From Chloroflexota bacterium (GTDB taxonomy: Bacteria > Chloroflexota > Chloroflexia > QHBQ01): a stretch of 20,000 nt of DNA. Under the pieces are notes generated by a model. It saw only the letters and a list, made by a program, of their open reading frames with translations. It searched no databases and was not told the origin of the DNA. How positions within the stretch are numbered: the stretch's first letter is position 1; every line of letters begins with the position of its first letter. The position numbers were made by a program, and so were the translations under genes. The stretch is taken from positions 44,484 through 64,483 of the forward strand of contig JAYUUN010000048.1 in assembly GCA_043754535.1 (NCBI GenBank), given 5' to 3'. Of the stretch, positions 7,492-17,033 are shown in pieces.

Positions 7492-9441
7492 CTAGCGGTA
7501 ACTGGCTGCTTGCAGGTTGAACAACTCGGCGTAGGTGCCGCCCAGGGTCAGCAGTTCGGCGTGAGTGCCATCCTCCTTGATGCGGCCATCCTCCAGCACG
7601 AGGATGCGGTCGGCCAGGCGCACAGTGCTGAAGCGGTGGCTGATGAACAAAGCCATCTTGCCAGTGGTCAAGGCCTTCATCTGGGCGAAGATTTCGTACT
7701 CCGCCCGCGCATCGAGGCTGGCGGTCGGCTCGTCGAGGATCAGGATTTCGGCATCACGCATGAAGGCGCGGGCAAGGGCGACCTTCTGCCACTCGCCGCC
7801 CGATAGCTGGTAGCCTTCGTCGAACCAGCGGCCCAGGGTCGTCTCATAACCGTTCGGCAGCTTTTCGATAGCTACGTTCGCGCCACTCTTGCCCGCAGCC
7901 AGGCCGACCATCTCTTGATTGTCGATCTCCGCCAGCTTGCCCACCCCGATGTTCTCGCGTGCGCTGAAGAAGTAGGTGGCATAGTCCTGGAAGATCACAC
8001 CGATGCTAGCCCGTAGGCTGTCCAGGTCATACTCACGCAGGTCGTGGCCGTCGATCAGGATTGCGCCCTCATCTGGGTCGTAGAGGCGCGAGAGCAGCTT
8101 GACCACCGTCGTCTTGCCCGCCCCATTCTGCCCAACCAGGGCGATAGTCTCGTCCAGCTTGATCGTGAAGCTAACATCACGCAAGGCAGGGGTCTCCTTG
8201 CCAGGGTAGGTGAAGCTGACGTGGCGGAACTCCACCCCCTGCTTGAGCGGCAAGGTCAGCTTGATTGCGTCGGGCGGCGACTGGATCGCCGGGGTGTAGT
8301 CGAGGAACTCGTAGAGGGTATTGAGGTAGAGGCTGTTCTCATACATCCCGCTCACCCCGTCAAGGATGCTCTGGAAGCTAGATTGCACCTGGCCCACCGC
8401 CTGGGTGTAGACGGTCAGTTGGCCGAGGTTGAACAGGCCGCGCACCGTCTGCAAGGCCACGTAGAGGAAGGTGCCGCTGCTAACGATGGTGCTGAGGCTG
8501 CCGAGGCCAAATCCCGCCAGGTAGCGGCGGCGCACCAGGGTGCGGTTCTCCTTGTAGAAGCGGTTGGCGATTTCGCCCCAGCGGTCAATAAAGTAGTTAC
8601 CCAGGCCAAACAGCTTGATTTCCTTGTTGTAGGTATCCTTCGTCACCAGGTCGAGCAGGTAGCTCATCCGCCTGCGTTCTGGCGACTGGCGGCGGGAGAG
8701 CATATAGCCCTGCCAACCGTAACGTGCGCTGGCGATAAAGCTGGGGATTGGCGAAAGCAGAGCCAGCACAGCCACCAGCCAACCGAGGGTGAGCAGGATG
8801 GCAATCAGGCTGACGAAGGTGATCAGCGAACGCACCAAGCCAAACATCTGCTGCACCATCGCCAGTGGGCGGAAGGTCGCTTGCTGCTGGGCCTGCTGCA
8901 AGCTGTCATAGAACTTGGGGTCTTCAAAGAAGCGCAGGTCAAGGCGGTTGGCGTGTTCCATCAACATCCGCTGGATACGCATGGCGGTTAGCTCTTGCAA
9001 CGCCTGCTGGTTGATGTTTAGCAGGGTCTGCATCAGGCTGCTAGCAACTAGCACAGCGAACTGGGCTACCGCCAGCCAGATCACAGCCTGCACGCGGGCA
9101 TCAGTCGCGCCAGTGCGGGCCGCATCAGCCACCTCGTTAATCAGTGCGCCGCTGATCAGGGCTGAGATCGCTGGCACCAAACCAGCGACCACCGCGAAGC
9201 TGCCAATGGCTAGGGTATAACCCTTGTGGCCCTGCCAGACGAGGCCGAAGGCACGGGGGATACCAGACAGGGTAACGCCCGCGTTCTTACGCAGGTCGGC
9301 TGCGCGTTCACGCAGATTCTTGGGTTTCTCATCTTCAGGGGGGGCAGGTGGCGCGCCGCTACCGCCGCCCTCGCCCTTGCTGACGAACTTGGGGCGGCCT
9401 TGCCGCTCCATCATTGGGTGCATGGGGGGTCTGTTCTGCAT
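7492..9441 (-). CDS. ABC exporter, fused permease and ATP-binding domains
   Basis: Walker A GQNGAGKT, Q-loop VIFQD, signature LSGGEWQK, Walker B ILILDEPT, H-loop ISHRFS; N-terminal TM domain. Start moved to ATG 9441 (MQNRPP), preceded by AAGGAAG and a TATACT -10 box. Confidence 0.95.
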   Translation of the reverse strand: MQNRPPMHPMMERQGRPKFVSKGEGGGSGAPPAPPEDEKPKNLRERAADLRKNAGVTLSGIPRAFGLVWQGHKGYTLAIGSFAVVAGLVPAISALISGALINEVADAARTGATDARVQAVIWLAVAQFAVLVASSLMQTLLNINQQALQELTAMRIQRMLMEHANRLDLRFFEDPKFYDSLQQAQQQATFRPLAMVQQMFGLVRSLITFVSLIAILLTLGWLVAVLALLSPIPSFIASARYGWQGYMLSRRQSPERRRMSYLLDLVTKDTYNKEIKLFGLGNYFIDRWGEIANRFYKENRTLVRRRYLAGFGLGSLSTIVSSGTFLYVALQTVRGLFNLGQLTVYTQAVGQVQSSFQSILDGVSGMYENSLYLNTLYEFLDYTPAIQSPPDAIKLTLPLKQGVEFRHVSFTYPGKETPALRDVSFTIKLDETIALVGQNGAGKTTVVKLLSRLYDPDEGAILIDGHDLREYDLDSLRASIGVIFQDYATYFFSARENIGVGKLAEIDNQEMVGLAAGKSGANVAIEKLPNGYETTLGRWFDEGYQLSGGEWQKVALARAFMRDAEILILDEPTASLDARAEYEIFAQMKALTTGKMALFISHRFSTVRLADRILVLEDGRIKEDGTHAELLTLGGTYAELFNLQAASYR

Positions 9442-9593
9442 CTTAGCTTGTTTCTTCCTTTTGTCTTTTATCCTTTCAAGTATAACCGAGCAAAGTGGCA
9501 GCAGGTGGCTGAGGCGTGTTTGAAGCTGGTTAGATTTGGCGGCAGGCAATAATAAGCTAGCAGAGAGGTCAAACGCTAACCACGCTACCACTC

Positions 9594-9622
9594 TAGACAG
9601 CGCGCAACGAGCGTGCTATAAT
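9594..9622 (+). promoter_or_regulatory. Sigma-70 promoter for the 2TM gene cluster
   Basis: TAGACA (9594-9599), 17 nt, TATAAT (9617-9622), with extended TG. Confidence 0.75.
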
Positions 9623-9690
9623 GCAGCCTAAAGGATGTAACGGATGAAGTATTTGACCCTTGTGGGGTAGGCGGGGAGAGGAGAGACGCA

Positions 9691-10341
9691 ATGAACGACA
9701 ACTATGGACGGGGTGGCAATCAGGAGGGCGACGCGAACACCACACGGATGAGTCCACAGCCGCAGCCAGAGCAGCCTGGCTACTGGCAGCCGCCAACCTA
9801 CGCCGCGCCGCCGCAGCCCTACGCCGCGCCCGCCCCCATGCCCGACAACCTCAAGCCGGTGCCATACGAGCAACCGAAGCAGGCGGCAGGGCCGGTGCAG
9901 TACGGAGCTGCCCCCTATCAGCCGAGCATCACCCCACTAGCGGGTGGCTCTGCTGGCTACAACCCAGCAGACCTCATCCGCCGCGAGGCCGAGAAGCGGG
10001 TTAAGGCGAAGGAGGTCTTTCGCGCTCACCTCACGACCTACCTGTTCGTGATCAGCCTGCTCATCACCATCTGGCTGATCACTTCACTGGCTAGCGGCCA
10101 CCCTTACTACTTCTGGCCGGTCTGGCCCGCCTTCGGCTGGGGCATCGCTGTCTTCGCCCAATACATGACGGCTTACGGGGGGCAGCAGACCAATCCCCTG
10201 CGCCGCGAACAGCAGATTGCCGAGGAGATGCGCCGCATGGAGGCTAGCTACCCACCGCCTACCCCTGGCAGCTTGCCCAGAGACCAGCAGAGCGACTGGC
10301 AACAACGCTTCGACCAGGAGCAACAGGGCCGAAATCGCTGA
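9691..10341 (+). CDS. 2TM-domain membrane protein with Pro/Gln/Tyr-rich N-terminus
   Basis: GAGGAG RBS; AEKRVKAKEVFRAHLTTYLFV...FWPVWPAFGWGIAV...REQQIAEEM matches the 2TM domain pattern. Confidence 0.85.
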   Translation: MNDNYGRGGNQEGDANTTRMSPQPQPEQPGYWQPPTYAAPPQPYAAPAPMPDNLKPVPYEQPKQAAGPVQYGAAPYQPSITPLAGGSAGYNPADLIRREAEKRVKAKEVFRAHLTTYLFVISLLITIWLITSLASGHPYYFWPVWPAFGWGIAVFAQYMTAYGGQQTNPLRREQQIAEEMRRMEASYPPPTPGSLPRDQQSDWQQRFDQEQQGRNR

Positions 10342-10366
10342 ACGAGCTTGAGGGAGATGCTGATCG

Positions 10367-10927
10367 ATGAACGACAACTATGGCCGCGACGCTGGGCCGC
10401 CCACCCCTGACGACGAAACCCGCCAGCTTGGGGCGCAAGCCAGCCCTCAGGGTTACTGGCAGCCGCCTAGCTACTCCGAGCCAGCCCCCATGCCTGACAG
10501 CCTCAAGGTGGCACCTGATGCAGTAAAGATGATCCCCTATCAGCAGCCTGCCATGCAACCCGTTCCGCTACCGCTAAGCCAGAGCTACCAGCCGATCGCC
10601 GTAGCGACCGACCGCCTCAGCGATTTGCGGGCGGCGGCAGAACAGCGGGTGCGCCAGAAGGAGAAGTTCCAACGCGAGACGATGGGCGGCCTCTCCGCTA
10701 TCGGCATCAACCTGATCATCTGGGCAGCGATCAGCATTGTGGCCGGTGGTGCGATCTTCTTCTGGCCGATCTTCGTGATCATGGGCGTGGGCATTGGCAT
10801 CTTCAGCAACTATATGAAGGTATACGGCCCGCAGCCGATGAGCGAGACCGAGCGTGAACGCCAGATTGAGTTGGAGATACAAAGGATGCAAGGCGGCTAT
10901 GGCAGCAACCAACCTCCCCACCGCTAG
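10367..10927 (+). CDS. 2TM-domain membrane protein, tandem paralogue
   Basis: GGGAG RBS; shares MNDNYGR, GYWQPP, PAPMPD.LK, AE.RV..K..F, FWP and RE.QI..E..RM with 9691-10341. Confidence 0.85.
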   Translation: MNDNYGRDAGPPTPDDETRQLGAQASPQGYWQPPSYSEPAPMPDSLKVAPDAVKMIPYQQPAMQPVPLPLSQSYQPIAVATDRLSDLRAAAEQRVRQKEKFQRETMGGLSAIGINLIIWAAISIVAGGAIFFWPIFVIMGVGIGIFSNYMKVYGPQPMSETERERQIELEIQRMQGGYGSNQPPHR

Positions 10928-10964
10928 CTAATAAACGACTACCTTGAGCGTAGGAGGACTTGCA

Positions 10965-11354
10965 ATGGCGATTGAAGCAGGAGGTACGATGAACCAGCAG
11001 GCTGTTGAGTACCCCTCGCCGCCAAGCCCAGACCTGGCTACCGTCAGGCAGCAGCTAGCAGCAGACGACCGGGCGAAGCGGCTGACGGCAGCGGAGAGCC
11101 GCCAGCATGGTGCCTACTTCCGCGTCCAGGTGGCGGTCGTCTTCCTGGCTTGCGACATTGCCGCCTTCCTCATGCACCTGCTGCTGCACGTCTACTCACC
11201 CGGCGGCCTATTCGGGTTCGGCTACTACACCTTCGGCTGGCTGGTCTTCCTGTTCTACGCCACCCTGCTGCCCTGGGCCGTAATAGCCGCTCGCAGGGCA
11301 GGTCAGCTAGTCAACAGCTTGTCTGCCGACGAGCAGCCCGCAGATGACCGATGA
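10965..11354 (+). CDS. Small hypothetical membrane protein with two TM segments
   Basis: AGGAGG 7 nt before ATG 10965, with an alternative AGGAGGT-ATG at 10989; two hydrophobic segments; followed by a terminator. Confidence 0.7.
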   Translation: MAIEAGGTMNQQAVEYPSPPSPDLATVRQQLAADDRAKRLTAAESRQHGAYFRVQVAVVFLACDIAAFLMHLLLHVYSPGGLFGFGYYTFGWLVFLFYATLLPWAVIAARRAGQLVNSLSADEQPADDR

Positions 11355-11383
11355 ACGAGTGACCGACTACCCGCCAGCGCACC

Positions 11384-11420
11384 AGAAAGGGGCGTACCCT
11401 TGCAGGTACGCCCCCTCTTT
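11384..11420. terminator. Bidirectional rho-independent terminator
   Basis: Stem GGGGCGTACC (11389-11398) / GGTACGCCCC (11405-11414), flanked by AGAAA and CTCTTT, between convergent genes. Confidence 0.85.
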
Positions 11421-11441
11421 GCGTCAATTCTCACTTGCAAC

Positions 11442-12620
<1,179 letters not shown>

Positions 12621-12735
12621 CTGCCTACCTCCTTACTGCGAACTATCCAGTCATATCCAGGCAGATATGCTCGCTTTGGCAAAAAGCCTCTCACTATCTA
12701 AACGACTAGCTCCGCCGTTCAGATGCGCGACCCAC

Positions 12736-12764
12736 ATTATACCTTTGTTAGATGTAGAATGCAA
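12736..12764 (-). promoter_or_regulatory. Sigma-70 promoter for the sigma factor gene
   Basis: Minus strand TTGCAT-17 nt-TATAAT. Confidence 0.7.
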
Positions 12765-12807
12765 CCATCCAAAGCATTAGATTTGTATGGGAAACATAAA
12801 TATCCCC

Positions 12808-14862
12808 TTACCAACTTGCAGGAACTATGCCACTGTCTTCACTGTTGGGCGGAGGACGTAGTTGGCCGAGCGGTGGCAGTTCGAGGCACTCAAGTTCGCG
12901 CTCCTCTACCTCGTAGGCTCGGCGGCGGGGGTTCTGTCGCTGACCTTGTGCCAGGAGGGTATATAGCTCGTGCATCTCGCGCAGGGCCGCACTGCGCCCA
13001 GTCTCGCCCACCCCCACCCCCCGCTGGGTATAATGAGCTAGGAGGTTGAGCAGATGGCCGGCGGTATGGCGCACGTGTAGACCGTCTGCCAGGGCGGGGC
13101 GGGCTACCTCCACCTGCCCGACCGCGTTCAACCCATAATGGCTGATCGTGTCGAGGATCAGGCCCACCACCCCGACAGACCCGGCCACGATAGGCAAGCT
13201 GTTGAGCAGATGGCGGCTGGCGGCCAGGTCACCGCTAGTTGGTTCCAGCAACCCGGCTAGCTGATAGTAAAAGCGCGCGCACAGGCGGCGCAACGCCCCC
13301 GCTTCACCACGCAACAAGGCCGCAGCCAACTCGCTCAACTTCCAATAATCGCCAAGTACTTCAGGGTAGGTGCGGTTCTCGCCCCGCTGGGTACCGCGCC
13401 CGATGATCAGTTTGAGGCTGGGTTCTTCAAGCAAGGGGCCAATCAGATTGGCGATGCTCATGGTGGTCGGGCGGGCGGCCTGCACATCCTGCCAGACGAC
13501 CAGATCGCCACTGCTGACCGCTGCGCTTTTCCAGAGCAAGCTACCACGCCCAGCGTAGATGCTGATCTCTGGCAACACCTCATCCTGGCGGTAGCCGCTG
13601 AAGCCGTGCCGGGAGGCGAGTTCGGCCACTGTGCCGTCACCGCCATCGAGGATCACGATCTCATCCACCAACTTTGCTTCTTCGAGCAACCCTTTGCTGA
13701 TCCCTTTGAGCAGTTCGACGGTGTGTTTCTGTGGCCCGGCCACGAAGTTGAGACAGAGGCTGATGTGTAGACCCTGCCGCTCTTTGAGGACGGCCAAGCG
13801 GGCATGGTCGGCAAACTCGTTCACGTCATAGCTATGTTCGACCGCCCAGTGTTCGACGACCGGGCGCAGGCGGGCTTGCGGGTTGAGGTCTGGCGCATCA
13901 AGGGCGGGTTCGACCGGCTCCTCCAGGCTGCCGCGCCCGTTCAGCAGCGAGGTGGAGTCGTGGCTGCGCGGTCGCTGGTAGCGAGCCAACTCTAGCGGCT
14001 GGCGGGTGCGAGCGACCAGCAGCGAAAGCTCGCGCTGCCTTGCCGCTGCGCTAACTCGTTGGGTCATCGTCGGCTGGCCGAGGCCGCCGCGATAGAGGGT
14101 GCCACTCGCCCCCATGATCACCAACTGGTGGTCGGTCATCTCCTGCAAGACGGCGGTGGCAGGATCGGGGGCGTAGACGCTGGCCCGGCGGTAGGCTGCA
14201 CCCTGCAACAACTCCTCGAACTCGGCGAAAGGCTCATCCCAGTGTGAGACAATTTCGCTAGGTGCAGGTGGGGTGCCGCTGTGCAAGACGGTCATCGTGG
14301 CCCCCAGCGGCGGCATCAATGCCTGCCCAATCTTCAGCGCGAACTCAGCGTAGGGGCCACCACGCACTGCCAGTAGGATATCCTGCACTGCTGCCAGCCC
14401 ACCGGCGGCGAAGCGGCAGAGGATCACATCACAGGGGGCGGACAGCATCACCTCGTCGCAGGTGCGCCCGTAGAGAGCATCGGGGCTGCGGGTGTAGCCC
14501 TTCCAGGGCAGCAGCAGCAGATCAGCGCGCTCCTCAATCGCTGCGTCCACGATCCCCAGGGCAACGCTGTGCGCCACCTTCACCTTGGTGTGCAAGACCA
14601 CAGGGCGGGTGCCAGCGGGAAAGGCGCGCAGGTCAGGGGCTGCTGGTGGCATATAATTGAGTAGGGTACGGTAGGCGCGGGCCAGTGGCTTGCCAGTGCT
14701 GAACGAGCTATCTTGCACCTCAGCCACGCCGAGGATGATCGCCTCACCCGCCCGGTCACCAGACACTGCCTGGGCAAGGGTCAACAAGTCTGCCAGCAAC
14801 TTCTGGTTCAAGATCGGGATCAAGATGCGGTAGGGCTGCTTCAAGTTACCGTTGCTGTGCAA
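12808..14862 (-). CDS. Tandem universal stress protein domains fused to a degenerate glucosyl-3-phosphoglycerate synthase-like (GT-A) domain
   Basis: RILIP, ADLLLLPW.G, G.T.DEV...APCDV, ILLAVRGGPYAE.A and LVIMGA (two USP domains); KERQGLHISL, LVDEIVILD and G.G..LWKS....GDLVVW.D (GpgS-like). Start codon is TTG and uncertain. Confidence 0.85.
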   Translation of the reverse strand: MHSNGNLKQPYRILIPILNQKLLADLLTLAQAVSGDRAGEAIILGVAEVQDSSFSTGKPLARAYRTLLNYMPPAAPDLRAFPAGTRPVVLHTKVKVAHSVALGIVDAAIEERADLLLLPWKGYTRSPDALYGRTCDEVMLSAPCDVILCRFAAGGLAAVQDILLAVRGGPYAEFALKIGQALMPPLGATMTVLHSGTPPAPSEIVSHWDEPFAEFEELLQGAAYRRASVYAPDPATAVLQEMTDHQLVIMGASGTLYRGGLGQPTMTQRVSAAARQRELSLLVARTRQPLELARYQRPRSHDSTSLLNGRGSLEEPVEPALDAPDLNPQARLRPVVEHWAVEHSYDVNEFADHARLAVLKERQGLHISLCLNFVAGPQKHTVELLKGISKGLLEEAKLVDEIVILDGGDGTVAELASRHGFSGYRQDEVLPEISIYAGRGSLLWKSAAVSSGDLVVWQDVQAARPTTMSIANLIGPLLEEPSLKLIIGRGTQRGENRTYPEVLGDYWKLSELAAALLRGEAGALRRLCARFYYQLAGLLEPTSGDLAASRHLLNSLPIVAGSVGVVGLILDTISHYGLNAVGQVEVARPALADGLHVRHTAGHLLNLLAHYTQRGVGVGETGRSAALREMHELYTLLAQGQRQNPRRRAYEVEERELECLELPPLGQLRPPPNSEDSGIVPASW
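12817..12832 (-). promoter_or_regulatory. Candidate sigma-54 (-24/-12) promoter upstream of the sigma-70 gene
   Basis: Minus strand TGGCATAGTTCCTGCA = GG-N10-GC, close to consensus TGGCAC-N5-TTGCW, followed by an AT-rich intergenic region. Confidence 0.65.
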
Positions 14863-14864
14863 GT

Positions 14865-16949
14865 TCAGTCCTCTTCGTCTCCGTTGACCAAGAGCTGACC
14901 GATTATGACCGCGATGTTGTCCTGTCCACCCCCCTCGTTGGCGGCCTTGATCAGCCGTTGGACGGCGTGGTGCGGGTCGTCGCTGGTGTTGATCAGGGTA
15001 GCAATCCCCGGTGTGCCGTCTTTATCCTCCTCGTAGATCATCTCCCACAGGCCGTCGGAGCAGAGCAGTACGACATCAAACGGCTTGAGCTTGCGACTAA
15101 AGAGGTCAACTTCCATGTTCGGATCATCACCAAGCGACTTGTAAATCTCGTTGCGGCGGTTGAAGGTACGAATCTCATCCACAGTCAATTGCCCGGCCTG
15201 CACCAGCTTCCAGGCCAGCGAGTGATCCTCCGTCACCTGCTCCAGCTTGCCGTTGCGGTAGATATAGGCGCGGCTGTCGCCCACGTTGGCGAAGTAGGCC
15301 TGATTGCCAACGATCAGGCAGGCCACGCAGGTGGTTCCCATGTCGCTATAACGTTCGCGGCTTTTTTGCACGATCTCACGGTTGGCGGCGATCACTGCCG
15401 AGCGCAGCATCTCACCAACGGCCTCGCTGCCCTGCATGATGTCCACATCGCCAGGGCCAAGTGGTGGCACGTCGAGGCCGTTGCCATAGTTGAAGATCGC
15501 GCCACCCAGCACGTTCTCGGCGATGTTGGCGGCGATGGTACGGACTGCCATACTACTGGCGACTTCGCCGCTGTCGTGACCGCCCATGCCGTCAGCAACA
15601 ACCAGCAGGCTGACCAACTGGTGGTGATCGGTTTCCACCGCGCTAAAGTCGAGGGTGAGCAGCGAGTCCTCGTTCAGCTTGCGAACCATGCCTACATGGG
15701 TGCCAGCCGCAAGCAGCAGGCTGAGAGTGGCGGGGGTCTGCCCCTCCTCCCGATAGTGGTCGAGGGCTTCGGCGAAATCGTCGGCATCCTTGTAGCGGCC
15801 ACCGATAGCCTCGGCCAGGAGGTCGCTGAGGGTGGCAGGGTCGCTGCTAGTGGGGGTCTTACCCTCTGTCAGCGGGCTGGTCAGGAAGGCAGCGGCTAGC
15901 CGGGCGAGGGCGGCTACGTCGGCAGCAATCCCGACTGCATCGGCCTCCTGCGCGCCGCTAACGTCCACGATGCGCGGCAGTTCACCGCCCGCAATGTTGA
16001 TGCTGGCAATGCTGATGTTGGCGAGGGCTACTCCACCCTCGTGCAACGGAGCAAGGGCTGAAGCCAGCGAGCGCGTCCAGGCTAGCAGCCTTTCTTCGCT
16101 GACCCGCTCACCAGCGGGGGTGACGGGGGCGAAGGTCGCCAGCGGTTGGCCGCTCGCTTCTTCGAGCAAGGCATAGTCGCGCTGGCTATCACGGAATGTC
16201 TTGTAGATGCGCGGGAGGCCCTGGGTTTGGGCAAAACCCTTTGCATAGAGCAGGCTCTCACCGCGCTCACCCTCGGCCCCACTAGCGGGCTGCTCGCGCA
16301 AGGCGTAGACCTTGTTGGTCAGTTGCGCCCCGCAGTCGGAGCAGTAGAGTTCGCCAGCGGTGTTGTTCTTGCTGCCACAGACCCAGCATTCCTCGTAGCT
16401 TTTCTCGTCGATCACCCGGTAGAGGTTGAACGTTGGCGTGCCAGTTGGGTGACTCTCAACTACGTTGGTGACGGCGTAACGGTCGGCAACCATCGTCTCA
16501 CGAGCAAGAGGCGGCAGTTCGGCAAGCGGGGCGGTCGGTGGAGCGGTCGGCGGCAAGGCAGTTGCCTCGGCCAGTTGCGCCTCGTCCAACGGTGCGGTGA
16601 CCGCTGCGGTCTTGCGCGGCACACCTCCACTTCCACCCCAGGTTTCAGCCTCAAGCGGCACAGGGTTGGTCAGGTCTCCTGTTGCACCCTTGCTCTGCTG
16701 CTGATATGGCTCACCTGGACCCCTGTCTATACTCTCGGCCTCGTACGGGGGGGCGACTTCGGGGAGAGTTGGCAGGGCGGTGGTATCCGCGTCGCTGGGT
16801 TGGGTGGCAAGGAGGCTCTCAGCCCCAGCCTGCTGCTCAGCAAGCGTGACGCTTGGCGGCACCAATGGCAGGGCAGGCTGGTTGCTCAAGGGCTGGTCGG
16901 GCTGACTACTGCCTGGCTGGTCGGTTGGCTGATTGGTAGACTGCGGCAT
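14865..16949 (-). CDS. PP2C (PPM) Ser/Thr phosphatase fused to a zinc ribbon and a degenerate kinase-like domain
   Basis: PP2C motifs RKLNEDS, VADGMGGH, MGTT, NVGDSRAY, TEDHS, CSDGLW and GGQDNI; CWVC..N.....YCSDCG zinc ribbon; kinase-fold remnants. GAGGAG RBS. Confidence 0.92.
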   Translation of the reverse strand: MPQSTNQPTDQPGSSQPDQPLSNQPALPLVPPSVTLAEQQAGAESLLATQPSDADTTALPTLPEVAPPYEAESIDRGPGEPYQQQSKGATGDLTNPVPLEAETWGGSGGVPRKTAAVTAPLDEAQLAEATALPPTAPPTAPLAELPPLARETMVADRYAVTNVVESHPTGTPTFNLYRVIDEKSYEECWVCGSKNNTAGELYCSDCGAQLTNKVYALREQPASGAEGERGESLLYAKGFAQTQGLPRIYKTFRDSQRDYALLEEASGQPLATFAPVTPAGERVSEERLLAWTRSLASALAPLHEGGVALANISIASINIAGGELPRIVDVSGAQEADAVGIAADVAALARLAAAFLTSPLTEGKTPTSSDPATLSDLLAEAIGGRYKDADDFAEALDHYREEGQTPATLSLLLAAGTHVGMVRKLNEDSLLTLDFSAVETDHHQLVSLLVVADGMGGHDSGEVASSMAVRTIAANIAENVLGGAIFNYGNGLDVPPLGPGDVDIMQGSEAVGEMLRSAVIAANREIVQKSRERYSDMGTTCVACLIVGNQAYFANVGDSRAYIYRNGKLEQVTEDHSLAWKLVQAGQLTVDEIRTFNRRNEIYKSLGDDPNMEVDLFSRKLKPFDVVLLCSDGLWEMIYEEDKDGTPGIATLINTSDDPHHAVQRLIKAANEGGGQDNIAVIIGQLLVNGDEED

Positions 16950-16997
16950 CGGGGGTCGCTCTCCTCGCTTGGGTGTGGGGCTTGCAGCACGCTTATA

Positions 16998-17026
16998 ATA
17001 ATAGCATAAAGCGGGCCGGGCGGCAA
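16998..17026 (-). promoter_or_regulatory. Sigma-70 promoter for the PP2C-USP operon
   Basis: Minus strand TTGCCG-17 nt-TATTAT with extended TG. Confidence 0.7.
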
Positions 17027-17033
17027 CCCTACT

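Noticed and set aside
8044..8991. Long antisense ORFs (also 425-1141, 4688-5434, 11344-12000, 14958-15899, 16146-17009)
   Set aside because: These are shadow ORFs opposite well-supported genes, expected in GC-rich DNA, with no recognisable motifs.
9442..9591. 50-aa N-terminal extension of the ABC transporter from GTG 9591
   Set aside because: AT-rich intergenic-like sequence containing a -10 box; the purine-rich RBS lies before ATG 9441.
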